Source: Chiloscyllium plagiosum (lineage: Eukaryota). Taken from it: DNA of 64,000 bases. Positions 50,923 to 64,000 of the stretch are shown in pieces. The notes under the pieces are model-generated. The model did not search any database, was not told where the DNA came from, and worked only from the letters and a program-made list of their open reading frames with translations. Numbering within the stretch: position 1 is the stretch's first letter; each line of letters starts with the position of its first letter. The position numbers were made by a program, and so were the translations under genes. The stretch covers positions 5,141,535 through 5,205,534 of the forward strand of contig NC_057752.1 of NCBI RefSeq assembly GCF_004010195.1, written 5' to 3'.

Positions 50923-51272
50923 TGGTATTTCCATGCCCATTCACCCAGTTTATACCTGGTACAGAGCTAATGAACCCCATAGTAACAATGGGATGTGTGG
51001 AAATGCGTTTTTAAAAAAAACAGTAATTCAGTAATAACTGTCTTTTAAAAACTACTTTTACCAAAGCCCTATAAAAGTTTAAATAATCCAGACCATTAAA
51101 GTATTAATAGCAGAAAATACTGCACTTGGTATGACTTTATCTTGTACAAATAAACATTATGCAATTGGCAAGACATATCTAACAGAAACAGCTGTTAATC
51201 AAACTGGGGTGCAGCTGTTCCAACAGAATAATTGATGTCTGCACTTTCAAGCACACCACATTATGCATTCTT

Positions 51273-51790
51273 GGGGTCAGATGAGGGTTGCCAGTGGGAA
51301 TGATCAGTGTTGGATGAGTCCCATTCTGCAGAAAAAGCCCAACAGGCCTCTGGAATTGGCCTCCCAGTAGCAGGCCAGGGAGGTGGCAAAACCTTCTTTA
51401 CTTATCACCACCCCTTTTCCCCAGAGCTGCTCTGTCATCATGCTATAATTGTGGACACAGGCCACCCTATGGAGGGCACCCCCTTCCATAATGGCAGTTG
51501 TTTAGCCACAAATGATTTTTAAAATTTCTTGCATCTTCAGATGGTACCTCCATCATGCTCTGCTTGCCACAGAATGCTCAACTTCTCCTCGAGGGACTAC
51601 TGACTGAAGAATTCTGCTGGCCTTCCCATTGGCCCCATCTTATTGAATGTCCTGCCCACCTCACTGATTGGATGCTGTTCTTGGAGGCAGGCTTTTAATT
51701 TGTTGCCGCCAATCAGAATACATAGGCAGGTGGCCACACACAACCAAGGGTTGGGGATCTGCCTTTAGTCCTGACCTCAGAAAATCTTTG
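51273..51790. mobile_element. Possible Harbinger-like MITE
   Basis: GC-richer block starting ggggtcagat and ending gaaaatctttg, with interior motifs resembling the 33233-33916 insert in reverse orientation. Confidence 0.3.
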
Positions 51791-52559
51791 AGGCATTAAT
51801 TTTTTGCCAACAAATACTTCTACACTGGAACAATCTGATTTGACTTACAGACACTTTGGTGAAAGACCTTTTGTGAACGTGGCAACACGCTGACCTGGTT
51901 GGAGTGCACTGAATTTAGATCCTTATCTCATTTGTAAGCAGTACAAAATTGGATTCAGACCACCCAACAGTCTATTTTATCAGCAACTTGAAATTTCTAT
52001 TGCAAAATCTGATAAATTTCTCAAAACCAGCAGAGCTGATACCCTGAACTATAAACCAAGCAAATTTAGATAAATCCAAATATGCACATCACAAATTTCT
52101 TGCATGTATTTAAATACCATAGATTTACATTAGATCATTGCACAAATTTAAAAGAACAGTCTGACAATTGGAAGGACTATATTTAAATCTAATCCTATCA
52201 AAGAGTGCTGTCAAATAATCTATACGCACTTTCCTCAACTTCCTAAGTATAAGTGTTGCCTTCCAGTGTATGTCTCAGTCACAGACACTTGAATTTTATC
52301 ACAGTTAAGTTATCAGTCCCATTCCTTCCATCCTGGTTACAAGTTCTCCAATTGATGTCAAAAAAGAGCGCCATTCCTTTCAGCCTTCAAATAAACCATT
52401 ATATCCTCCCATATACGTCTAGTTTATTTTTATACTTGAATGTTGAAATGTCTAGTAATAGGTTAATTAGTCAGTACAATATTGTCTTTCTCATCTTTTA
52501 AAATAAATTATTTTCCCCATGGTTATCAAAAGTGAACAGAACAAGTCAATTGGAAACTA

Positions 52560-54730
52560 CAAGAATAGATTATGGTATCATTAAGCAACAACCAAGATGA
52601 CTGATAATCATTGAAATCCATCATCGTTCATACAAGAAATCCCAAGAAATACACAACATTAGAAGACATCAATACTGATCTGATGGGAGACATATATAAA
52701 TAACTTGATTGTAAACAGACAACTCAATCAAAGCTCTGCAGAAAAGAAGCTTGTCCACCAAATAGCCAAAACTGAAATTCAAATACCTGTGATTTGAAGA
52801 ACAAATGGTGGATAAAGAAGGCTGAGGAAATTCAATTTCTTGCTGATCCAATACAACTGAAGAGATCCATGGATCCTCAACATCAGTAAGATTTAAGGAT
52901 GACAAAACTATCCTTAAAGACAGTATCAGCAACTACTGGAAAGAACACTTTGTTGAATCACTCAGTCAGAAGTCCACAGTGGACATACACTTGCTGGAGC
53001 ATCTTCGACAACAAACATCTGGAAATGAGCCAGGCAATGATCTGATGCTCAATGATGTAATAACTGTTGCCAACAAGATGAAAAATAGCAAAGCTTCTGA
53101 TCCTGATGACATCCCTGCCCAAGTACTGGCATATGTAAGAGGCATATTGATCTCTCTGATACGTATTTGTGAAGCTCTAACAGGATGAAAAAATTCCAAC
53201 TAGAGATGCCATGATGATCACAATCTTCACAAAAGGAGACAGATCAAACTATAGCGACTGCTTAAGTAAGTCATTGCTCTCAACTATTGGGGGAAAATCA
53301 AGCTAGGTTATTTCTTATTGCCACCCACCAATTGTGTGTTTCCTCCAGAGTCCCAGTGTGACTCCTGACCCACCAAAGGGACAATTGACATGATTTACCA
53401 AGGAGACTACCTTCAGGAAAAGTGCAGAGAACAGACATCCCATTTCATACATGGCTTTCTTCAATTTGACAAAAGCTTTTGACCTACTGAATCAACCCTC
53501 TGAAAGGTGCTATTACAATATGGATGCCCAACTAAGTTCACAAACATCATCCTTTTCTGAAATGATAGTATGTAAATAACAGCACCATACAATGACTCCA
53601 CTATAGGCTCCTTCCCTGTCAAAACAAACAGAGGTCAAAAAGTGATGAATCTTTTCATCAACATTATTCTCAATCTTTCCACCAGCAGTGTAACTTACTA
53701 CTGATAGACTCTCCCCAAGTGTGGTTAAAACTTAGCACACTGATGGTAAACCTTCAGTCTCAACTGACTGATGGCCACACCCCAAACACTTCTGCAATTC
53801 ACCTACAGTATGCTGATGATGCATAAATTAGTGCTCATTCTGAAGGACCATATCAGACAACTGACGCATTCACTGAATCTATAAGAATACGAGACTTGCC
53901 TTAAATCAAAGTTCTATACCAACTCACATTGAATGTATATATCCAATATGCTGAATTGCAATTTGTGGTGAAGTGTTGGAAAATGTCCCTCATTTCCATA
54001 TCTTGAAGTTATTTATTCCAAAAAGCCAACATTGCATTTGGTGATATACGTCTTCACCAATATGCTAGCTCAGTTTGTGCTAAATTACAGACTCTGGTTT
54101 TTAAGAATTGTGATACACGATCAAACACTAAACTCAAAACTCAATTGGGCAAGGGTTCTCCCCTCCTCCTCCACCCCTTAAAAAACTCCTCCCTGCCTTT
54201 CTATGGTGTTGAAGCTCAGACAACTTACAAACACCACATCCAGGCCCTAGAATAGCATCATTAATGTTGTCTAATCTTGTGAATTAAGTGGGAGGACAAT
54301 AGAACAAACATAAGCACAATTCAAGTCACAGACGTGCTGAGTAGAGACACCATGCTAATCTCACATCAGATGATGGAAGGGACATGTCATCTTAATACAC
54401 AATTTATGACAGTCCAAATAAGTGCTCTACTTAGAGCTATGCCACGAGACTCACTCACACAGGGACCAAAGAAAGCTATTCAAAGACAATCTCAAAGCCT
54501 TCATGAAGGTCTCCTTGATTAACATGAACACACAGGAAGGAGATGTCCAAATGCAACCAAAATGGGCATTCATCATTGAAAATGGTGTTGAAATCCACCC
54601 ACTGAAAAAGAACACGGAGAGAGACAAAAAGAGAGGAAAACTGCTCAAGACATAATCTGCCACTACCTCTATCAGCTAACAATCATGTCCTCACTATGGG
54701 AAAGTTTGTAAAGCTATGATATCACCCAAG
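52560..54730 (+). mobile_element. RTE-clade LINE, heavily decayed
   Basis: MKNSKASDPDDIP, LQEKCREQ, YMAFFNLTKAFD and LQYADD (53803-53820) motifs across frames, plus an RTE-like C-terminus (QRKLFKDNLK). Confidence 0.85.
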
Positions 54731-54821
54731 GTTAATACTAATATCTCACTCCCATCCAGCCATCTATTGGAAAGAAGGATTGCTGATAAAGATAGATAAA
54801 GGTGCAATTTAGATTTTCTAG

Positions 54822-54909
54822 TGTAGTGATTGTAACAAGGTCAGGCAGATGGACATCACTGAATATGAATTCCCTGATTCGGGCTGTTAATTTGGTCCAA
54901 TCAGAGAGC
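54822..54909 (+). repeat. Start of another LTR of the same Gypsy family, running into the assembly gap
   Basis: tgtagtgattgtaacaaggtcaggcagatggac...ctgattcgggctgttaatttggtccaatcagagagc aligns with 5688-5776. Confidence 0.88.
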
Positions 54910-55409
54910 NNNNNNNNNNNNNNNNNNNNNNNNNNNNNNNNNNNNNNNNNNNNNNNNNNNNNNNNNNNNNNNNNNNNNNNNNNNNNNNNNNNNNNNNNNN
55001 NNNNNNNNNNNNNNNNNNNNNNNNNNNNNNNNNNNNNNNNNNNNNNNNNNNNNNNNNNNNNNNNNNNNNNNNNNNNNNNNNNNNNNNNNNNNNNNNNNNN
55101 NNNNNNNNNNNNNNNNNNNNNNNNNNNNNNNNNNNNNNNNNNNNNNNNNNNNNNNNNNNNNNNNNNNNNNNNNNNNNNNNNNNNNNNNNNNNNNNNNNNN
55201 NNNNNNNNNNNNNNNNNNNNNNNNNNNNNNNNNNNNNNNNNNNNNNNNNNNNNNNNNNNNNNNNNNNNNNNNNNNNNNNNNNNNNNNNNNNNNNNNNNNN
55301 NNNNNNNNNNNNNNNNNNNNNNNNNNNNNNNNNNNNNNNNNNNNNNNNNNNNNNNNNNNNNNNNNNNNNNNNNNNNNNNNNNNNNNNNNNNNNNNNNNNN
55401 NNNNNNNNN
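54910..55409. other. Assembly gap (500 N)
   Basis: Run of exactly 500 N, a round placeholder length, so the true size is unknown. Confidence 0.99.
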
Positions 55410-56094
55410 TGTGAAGTTCACTGTTTTTTAATTTTCCCAGATGCACTCCGATATCCAACGATACATGAATTCATCAGTAAAGGCAGTAACTGCTCACTTT
55501 GTCAGTTAGCAATGTGGGTTTCTTTCTCTCTCTCTTGCACTGACCTCACCATGTGCTTCCTTTGTCTGTTCTTTTCCCTTTTAAAAGTGCTGTTGTTTTT
55601 ACTTTTTCTTCTCCAAAGTTTCAAAACAATGCAACAGCATATAAAACAGTAATTGCTGCTCCTAGAGTTCGAGGAAATCACCTCAAACAGCTAAAATAAC
55701 TCAGAAAAGGAGCAACTGTTACAGCCAGAAATTTTTCCCATCCTCCATCTTGGAATGCTTTATCTTTTACACGGTGCAAATGGCCTGCAATATTATCATG
55801 CGCCAAACACATTATTTTTACATATTCTGACTGATATTCGATATGTGTATGCAGGTTCTTTAAATAACCTCAAGTACACACTATTTCATGTGTGAGAACA
55901 CTGACAGCAGCATCGAATTTACTTTCTTTCCCAAGCTAATCTGACAACCCTTAGGCTATTTCGATTATTTTGCAAATTCGCTGCTCTTTTTGAACTCTTT
56001 GCCCTTGTTTGACACATTTTGAATATGTATCCTGAAACCAGTGGTCTCTGGAATAGGCTCCTTAGGAACCCCTTTATAAACAATCCGTTTTGAG

Positions 56095-56400
56095 GGAATG
56101 AGTGGTTGCAATGGATTAAGCACTGTCCTTTCACCTCTGGGACCTGGACTTGAACATTAATGGGATAAAAGTAATTTCTACCTTCTGACTACAAATTTTC
56201 CATAAAAAGAATTTGGATAGTCTGGTACACTTAGAAGATAAATGAACTGGAAGGACATAGGCTAGAGATGCACACAGTTTTACGCCTCTAAGCATGCACC
56301 AACAATGTAGAAGCAAAATGTTAACTGTCTATCTACTGGTCAGTAAAGATCCACAGACTTGCCCTAAATTAAGCCACAATAAGGTTATTGGAGGGTATGC
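56095..56400 (+). mobile_element. LF-SINE-like tRNA-derived SINE, decayed
   Basis: tggttgcaatggattaagcactgtcctttcacctctgggacctggacttgaac...aaagtaatttctaccttctgac resembles the LF-SINE head (cctttcacctct...ctggttcgaat...aaagtcattaccatctgac). Right boundary uncertain. Confidence 0.45.
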
Positions 56401-56769
56401 TCTTCTGAGGTTTGGGCTCAGACTCAACATTGACACTGAATAGAAGATGATTTATTTGATATATGCTCTGTCAAATTTGGGAATACAAAAAGTTCTACAC
56501 CTCACACTATCATTCCTCATCTGGATGAGCATACAATTAATTTAATTAAGAAATCTGTTTTATAAGAAATAATTGGCATTTTGGAATAATGTTGAAGCCT
56601 TTGATGTTGAAATGATGGGAAGTTATTTCTGATAAAATGCCTTAACTTGTGTTTCCCATTTGCTCTTTCTAATGAACAGTGACTTATTCTATTCCTTTAA
56701 ATTGGTCCAAATTGAAATATTGCCCAAGCACTGAATCTGAGAATTGTATTACAATATGTTGTTGCCCAC

Positions 56770-58713
56770 TCTCTGATGCTGCTCTCTTGGCTATGTCAAA
56801 GTAATTCTATCACCAAAGAATCAGACCTCAGATCTGCAGTCCTGCCATATCCAGGCATGGACAGTGGTGGTCAATTAAACACCACAAATATCACCCTCCT
56901 CAATGAGGGGAGAGCCCAGCACAAAAGACAAGACTGAGGAATTTGCAATAATTTTCAGTCAGAATTGTCACGTAACATTTATCCTTTTCCAGAGGTCCCC
57001 AACATCACAGATTCCAGTCTGGAGCCAATTTGATTTCCTACACATATCAAGAAACAGCTGAAGGCACTAGATACTATGAAGACTGTGAGCCCTGGCAACA
57101 TTTGGCTATAGTATGAAAGACATGTGCTCCAGAACTAACCAAGTCATTCCTGTATAGCTACAACACTGGGATCCACCCAACAATGTGGAAAGTTGCTCTA
57201 GGTTTCCCATGCACACAAAAAGTAGGGCAAATCCAACCCAACCAATTACTGCCCCATCAGTCTGTTCTCGATCATCAGTAAATTGAAGAAAGGAGTCATC
57301 AACAGTGCTTAGCAACTTGCTTAACAACAATCTGCTCACCGATTCCCAGTTTAGATTCTGTCTAGGCCACTCTACTTCTGACTCAATTACAGCCTTGGTT
57401 CAAACATGAATAAAGTGGAGGCAACACTGACTTCCTTTGACAAGGCAGCATTTGACTGAATTTGGCATTAAAGAGCCTGAGCAAAATTCCAATCAATGGG
57501 AATCAGGTGAAAAACTCTCTGCTGTTTGGATCCCTCCATTACAAGGCCAGAAGTGGGGATGTTTGCTGATGATTGCACAATATTCAGCACCATTTGCGAC
57601 TCCTGATACTGAAGCAGTCCATAGCTCATGCAGCAAGACCTGGACAATATCCAGGCTTGGACTGAAAAATGACAAATAACATTCACAGCACACAAGGGCC
57701 AGGCAATCACCATCTCCAACAAGAGAGAATCCACCCAATGTCTCTTGATATTCAATATTACCATTGCTGAATTGCTTACTACCAATATCCTGGGGGTTTC
57801 TATTTACTAGAAATTGAAGTGGACTAGTCATATAAACACTGTTGCTGCAAGACCAGGTCAGAGGCTAGGAATCCTGCAGCAAGTAACTCACCGTCTAACT
57901 CCTGAAAGCCTGTTCACCATCTTTAAGGCACAAGTAAGGAGTGTGACGGAATACTCCCCACTTGCCTGCATGAATGCAGTTTCAACAACAATCAAGAAAC
58001 TACACACCATCCAGGACAAAGTAGAGCGTTTGACTGGTACCATATCCACAAGCATCCACTCTTTCTACCATCTTCGCAGCAATGTCTATTACCTACAAGA
58101 CGCACAGCACAAATTCACTAAGGTGCCTTTCAAACTCTCAAACTCCATCGTCTAGAAGGACCAGGGCAGCTTCTGTGAGTTCCCCTCCAAGCCACTCACC
58201 ATCTTGACTTGAAAATACAGGTACACAATCCTTTACCTGAAATTCTGAAATCCAAAAAGCTCCGAAATCTGAAGATTTTTTCATGTATAACAACGTTGTT
58301 TGGCATGCGAACAGGTGACCCAACCCACTCAGATGTGACGTGGTGGCGTGGCCCAGCAATGGCAGGTGTCAATTGTATCTCAGCGCTCTACTAGTCACAT
58401 ATGGGTATGCTGTTCAGTAATTTTTAAAAATTTCACTGTGAAAATGTCATTTATTCCAAAATCCGAAATACTCCAAATTCCTAAAAACAACTGGCCCCAA
58501 GGATTTCAGATAAAGGATTGTGCACCTGTATATCATAATACCTTCAGTATTGCTAGGTCAAAATCCTGGCATACTCTCCCCCATTGTGGGTAGAACCACA
58601 ACAAATAGTGGTTCAAAAAAACAGTTCACTGCCACTTTCTCCAGGGCAATTACAGATGGGCAATAAATGCTGGCCAGCCAACAAAGGCCACATCCTATGA
58701 ATGAATAAAAAAA
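56770..58713 (+). mobile_element. Second CR1/L2-type LINE family, long 3' fragment with poly(A) end
   Basis: MFADDCTIFS near 57559, ORF 57814-58155 (WTSHINTVAARPGQRLGILQQV...IFKAQVRSVTEYSPLA), and an end of atgaatgaataaaaaaaa. Confidence 0.88.
58218..58528. mobile_element. pogo/Tigger-type (Tc1/mariner superfamily) MITE, 311 bp
   Basis: TIRs caggtacacaatcctttacctgaaattc / ggatttcagataaaggattgtgcacctg (25/28 complementary), TA on both sides (58216-58217 and 58529-58530). The host LINE 3' UTR rejoins across it. Confidence 0.9.
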
Positions 58714-58789
58714 AGCTGCTGCAGGGCAAGTTTGAACCGACTGGCTATTCTATAGCAGCATCGAATTTGTTTTCTTTCCCAAGCTAACA

Positions 58790-59812
58790 AAGTGCGCCAC
58801 CCAGCGCTCCCGGATCCTGTTCTGTTGAAATTTCCTCATCATGAACTTCTGAATTCAAAATTCCTTGCCGCACACCATCTATCTGCATACACATGATCAC
58901 AACTAATGGATCAGATCTAAGCTCTGCAGTCCTACTGCATCCAGTCATGAATGGTGGTGGACAATTAAACAACTTATTGGAGTAGGAGGCTCCATAAATA
59001 TTCCTGCCCTCCATGATGGAGGTGCTGACAAAAAATAAGGCTGAAGTATTTGCAGCAATATTCAGCCAGAAGTGCCGAGTGGATGATCCATCCTGGCCAC
59101 CTCCAGTGATCCCCAGGATCTTCAGCCAATTTGATTCACTCCATCTGAAATTGAGAAACAGTTGGAGGCACTGAAAACCACAAAGGCTATGGACCCTGCC
59201 AACATTCCAACAAACTTGCTGAAGACTTGTGCTCCAGAACTTGCGACTCCCCTAGTCAAGCTCTTCCAGTACAGTTACAACACTAGCATCTACCCGACAA
59301 GGTGGAAAATTGCTCAGGTTAGTCCTGTACACCAAAAGTAGGACTAAACCAATCCGGCTAATTGCCGCCTCATCAGTCATCATCAATAAAGTGATGGAAA
59401 GTGTCATCAACAGTGCTATCATGCAGCACCTGCTCAGCAATGCCCACTTTAGCTTCTGCCAGGGCCACTCAGCCCCTGATATTATTACAGCCTTGGTTCA
59501 AACATGGACAAAAATGCTGAATTCCAGAGGTGAGGTGAGAGTGACAACCTTTGGCATTGATGCCACATTTGACTGAGTGTGGCATCAAGGAGTCCAATCA
59601 AACTGGAATCAATGGGTATCACAGAGCAAACTCTCCGCTGGTTGAAGTCGTATCTGGCACATAGGAAGACGGTTGTTGTGGTTGTTAGATGTCAGTCATC
59701 TCAGCTCCAGGACATCTCTGCAAGAGTTCCACGAGGGAGTGTCCTAAGCCCTACCATCTTCAGTTGCTTCATCAATGATCTTCCCTCCATCATAAGGTCA
59801 TCAATGATTGCA
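58790..59812 (+). mobile_element. Second CR1/L2-type LINE family, internal RT fragment
   Basis: KAEVFAAIFSQKCRVDD, KAMDPANIP, FSFCQGHSAPDIITALVQTW and VPRGSVLSPTIFSCFINDLP. Confidence 0.88.
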
Positions 59813-60329
59813 AAATGATTCTCGGGCTATGCGCATCATCAGCAAATTCAGTGCAGAGATTCCCTTCCTACGTGGGACAGGTGATGAGTTTGAGGAGTTT
59901 GCACCTAATGAAACACAAAGCACTCATGAGCAGATAGTGGTTGCAGGGCCCTCTCCCAGCTCTACTGAACAGGAAAGCAATGTAGACCCCCAAAGACCAG
60001 CCATGAATATAATACACATGGGGCCCAGGTGAAGATTTGCTATTTGAAAGTTTGCTTAAGTCCTTTGAGCACAAAGTCTGAGAATATGATGCAGTTCTTC
60101 TCCAACATGTGTAGCATTCTCTCATAAGGCATTTCCACTCTCCAACGTACCTTGGACCTTATAACCAACCTTAGTTGATCAATGGTTGTGAATGCATTAA
60201 AAAAAAGCCTTTAAGATTTAAAGTCCTCAAGCAACTATCAAAAAGAAATCTCCCCGGCCTCTACCCAACGTTCCTTAACTGCAGATAAGTAGTGTTTGAA
60301 ACTAATTCTCGGGATGTGCATAAAAAGCT

Positions 60330-60730
60330 TGCTGAGGATAACATTTGTTGCATGTTTCGAATTTCCCTTGAGAAGGTGGTGGTGATTTTCCTTGAACTGC
60401 TGCAGTCAGTGATGGAGGGAGTTCCAGCATTATGTTTCAGAGATGAGGAAGAAATGGGCAATATATTTCCAAGTCAGAATGGTGAGTGGTTTAGAGAAGA
60501 ACTTTTAGGTGGTAATGCTCACACGCATCTTCTGTCCCTGTCCTTCTAGGTTGTAGAGATCAAAGGTTTGGGGAACATGCTATTGAAGAAGCCTTGGTGA
60601 TTCACTGCAGTACATCTTTTAAATTGTACACACTACTGTAACTGTGCACCAGGTGTGGAGTGAGGGTTTATTTAAGGTGATAAGTTGGCTGCTGATCACT
60701 TTAACAACAAATGACCACCTCCTGAGTTGT
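60330..60730 (-). mobile_element. 3' end of the second CR1/L2-type LINE family, reverse orientation
   Basis: cccttgagaaggtggtggtg...atatatttccaagtcagaatggtgagtgg...tgaagaagccttggtga is the reverse complement of the 3' UTRs at 48880-49160 and 58100-58700. Confidence 0.8.
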
Positions 60731-63334
60731 ACTGCCCATGGATAATGAACAGGAATGCAAACGGCCTCATTTGAACTCTGATTTATATGTTTTCCTTGGG
60801 TGCTCCAGTCATCAGAATAGAGATTCACGCAAAATTGGGATGGATGACAATTGGTGACCATCGATTATTTTATTTTGGTCTTATTAGTTTAAGTGAGGGG
60901 AAACAATACAAAAATTGCCTTTACGTTTTTGAAATTCTGCGAACCAAATTTGCTTGCTTTTTTTTTAAACAGTTCCATTAATCGTCATTGCCCCATGCAG
61001 GTGTTAAGACCATTATTGTTTTTCTTTTATCTTTCACATTTTTGGCTTGGAACTGTGAGTTACAGTTGCGAATTTGAACTATGAGTTAAAAAGACTGATA
61101 TTTACTGTTGGGAGTTGGTCTCAAAAGATAATGCAGGTTTAAGTGTTGCTCTAAGAACACTAAAGTTGAATCAGCACCAAGATGTTGGTATGTTCAAACA
61201 CTGGCAGCTGGTTGGATGTTGAATTGATCAATCAAGGTAGGACCGGTGCTGGCCAGCCATCCACAGAGAGTGTTGAAAAAGGAAGAGAAACCAAAGGGTG
61301 AACTGGTTTTGACTGGGGTTTTGGACAGGAGGCAGTATTGCGTTGGAAGCTGCTGGACTGGGTTTTTTGGTTTTGCTGTCTCTAGTTATTGACATGTCGA
61401 AAGTGCTGAGAAAAGAAAATAATAAAGGAAAAGTCTCCAAAGTCTGCAGAAGCTGTGTGCATTTACCACTGACTTTGGAATTCAAGCAAGATACAATCCC
61501 TACATGCCTGCAATATAAATCATCAGATTTTATGAAGGCCAGTATTTGTCGAAACAGTTATTGAACTGATAATTTACGATTCTTTTATTTTAAAAAAACC
61601 CTTAACTGTGTGTCTGTCTGTCTGTCGGTATATGAGTTAGGGTTGGTGATCAAAGAATATTGGGTTCAGATCGGAGCTATTAATTTGATTGCCTTGAAAT
61701 TCACCTGTGTTTTGCTAAAGTTACATGATTAATAATGAATTGTTAATTTCAGTTAAGCTATAAGCTTGTGTCCAAGATTGGTTAATTGTAAAGCCTGGCT
61801 AGGAACAATTGAGCAATTTTGAAGGTCATCGAATGTTTTAATTTCACTGTGTTGTGAATCTGATAGGGAGTCTGACTTGGTCTGGCTTGCTATTCCTACG
61901 TTGTAACACAGGACATTCAACACACATAATGAATGTGTTACTTTTTAAAAATTGTCATATCCAATAAAGGGAGAGTTTAATGTGATTCTCAATTATTTGG
62001 AAAGGAAGCAATAATTTAACATATCAGAAACTGGTAGAAACATCATAGTACCCACTTTTGTCACCACATAATGCTCACTAGCCTTTCTCTACCAAATGTT
62101 GAAATAGTACTGGATTCAGATGTAAGCCAAATTGGCAGTGGTTTGTGTACTGCCTTCAGTGAAACATCTACATTACCACATGATAATAAATGCCTCTCTC
62201 TGCTGATCTCTCTCTCATATACCTCACAAATGCAGCATTGGAGCAGTTACATGCAGACGCTTCCCTCTTTTGGTTGGAATTTGAACTACCACACAAATTG
62301 ACGACCATTTAATTCCAGGTAAAAAATGAGATTGCTGGAGAAACTCAGGTGGGTTCTCTGTTTTATTTAATTCTAGGAACCAGTTTGTCAGGAATTTAAC
62401 TAAGAGACTGTAAAGGTTAGTCCCCTTACTGTAACTGAAATCAGATGGCTCAATGCAGCCCAGTGATTAAACCTGGCAGCCTTCCTGTTCCATATGGCTC
62501 AGTACAGACTGGCCAGTGTGGTTGTCAATTGAGTCATCAAATATGATTTTCAAAGATCACTTTATTCTACACTACTTCTGAACTTTATAATGATGTAATT
62601 TTAGATATATTTCAAAATATTTTGGGTTTTTTTCTACTTTTGAATTATACTCTTGATTTTCATCTTTTAATTTTCTTCTCTGTACTTCTCTGTAAAACCT
62701 TTCTTCTCCTCTATCTTCTTCATAAGCATATTATAATTGTTATGTGTTACAGCCATAATGGTGATTAACCCTGCAAAACAGATTGAAAACCTAGAACACT
62801 CTGATCATCTGAGAGGACGTATTGGCAGATGAAATTGTAATTTTAGCAGCTTTAGATAACACTGTGAACAGTAGTATTGATTGGTACAGCTATATGCCAC
62901 ACAAACCACACAGAATTTTAGATTCTAACTGTTTGATGCAGATTAGTGGATTCCAGCCAGACTGGCTCTACAATGTCCATCTTGGTCTCTGTGATCTTGG
63001 GGTTAATGATGCAACAAATCAGCCCAGTTTTCTAAGCTTGATCAGTATCTATTGATGCCTGCTAGAAACAGCATGCTTGTAGGCAGCATATAGAGACAGA
63101 ATTAGACTCATCTCTGATTACTTCCTTTGACAAATAGCTCATTAGCTGTCTTGTGGATGCATTGCTGTAGTAGCAATGAGGTGGCTTCCAGAGACGCAGA
63201 TCACCAATTGCTGCTACCAGCAGATAGTAATGCTGGCAGTAGGGCTGCCATTTTATTATGCTTATGCCTGAGCTTGTCCATGGAGAATACTGGACTCGGC
63301 AAGCCTGAACAGCACACAGTCATAGAGCACAAAT

Positions 63335-63730
63335 AGCGGTAATTCAATTGGTAGCTGTTTTGTCTCTGAGTAAGAAAGTTGCAGACTCAAATCCCATTAG
63401 AGAGACCTGAGCACAAAATTTTAGGTTGACACTCCAGTGAAGGACTGCACTGAGACATTAAACTGAGGCCCACATCAGGTGTATATAAAAAATATCTGGA
63501 TAATATTTTGAAAAAAGGGAGTAAATTCTTACCAGCGTCCTGGTGAATATTTATCCTTTAACCAATATAATTTAAACAGGTTATTCATTCATTATCTCAT
63601 TGCTGTTTGTGAGTGCTTGCAGTGTGCAAATTTTCAACTGCAATTCCGGCATTACAACATCAACTACACTTCCAAGATATTGGCATATCATGAGGTTATG
63701 AAAGGCGGTAAGTAAATGAAAGTCTTTAGT
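63335..63730 (+). mobile_element. Deu-domain SINE, internally deleted
   Basis: tctgagtaagaaagttgcagactcaaatccc head, tgagacattaaactgaggccc core remnant, and a tail (tgctgtttgtgagtgcttgcagtgtgcaaatt...tgaggttatgaaaggcgg) shared with the other copies. Confidence 0.7.
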
Positions 63731-64000
63731 TTAATGTGCAACTTCCACTCTCAATGTAGGGCTGAGTGAGGTGCATTTATGTCATGAACTCCTGCTATGA
63801 GTGTAATCAAATCTGACAATGGGGAAGATATAGGGATCAGTATAAACAGCCCTCTGCAGTGTCTGTGGATTTAGAGTGACAAGCTACCATGATGATTTGC
63901 AGTGTGACATTTGGCTTCAGCAGCCCTGCACGAGGCTTCCTGCACACGATCGTTCTCTGGTAATCCGTTCTTATATTAGATAAGAAACAGAGGATTTTAC

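Noticed and set aside
54738..55458. Three long ORFs of 185-227 aa
   Set aside because: Artefacts of translating through the 500-N gap.
61054..61908. Possible solo LTR ending ...cgttgtaaca
   Set aside because: No second copy, PBS/PPT or clear target duplication is visible in the window, so it cannot be supported without a database search.

Overview
Eukaryotic (vertebrate) genomic DNA, almost certainly from a shark or other elasmobranch, judged by HE1-type V-SINEs, HER1/CR1 LINEs, Deu-domain SINEs and Penelope-type palindromes. The only intact host gene is a hedgehog gene on the + strand: exon 2 at 22305-22566 and terminal exon 3 at 45968-46638 (Hint/Hog domain), separated by a 23.4 kb intron. 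Exon 1 is not in the window. Diagnostic residues favour Desert hedgehog, with some Ihh-like segments. The rest is mostly decayed mobile DNA: CR1, a second CR1/L2-type LINE family, RTE, Rex1/Babar, a Gypsy provirus with a deleted integrase, Harbinger remnants and MITEs, a pogo/Tigger-type MITE, and several SINE families. There is a 500-N assembly gap at 54910-55409. The most unusual observations are three. (1) Two ~1.7 kb non-coding poly(A)-tailed elements sit in tandem at the same site, just after the TATA box of the Gypsy 5' LTR, suggesting a target-specific retroelement that parasitises another transposon's promoter. (2) Minimal hammerhead ribozyme cores lie in Penelope-type palindromes in hedgehog intron 2, one with an intact core in the sense orientation (30416-30455). 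(3) A fossil two-gene Harbinger element (spliced Myb/SANT gene plus a convergent transposase trace) is invisible in the ORF track. Repeat family names come from pattern recognition rather than database searches, and repeat boundaries are approximate unless stated otherwise.
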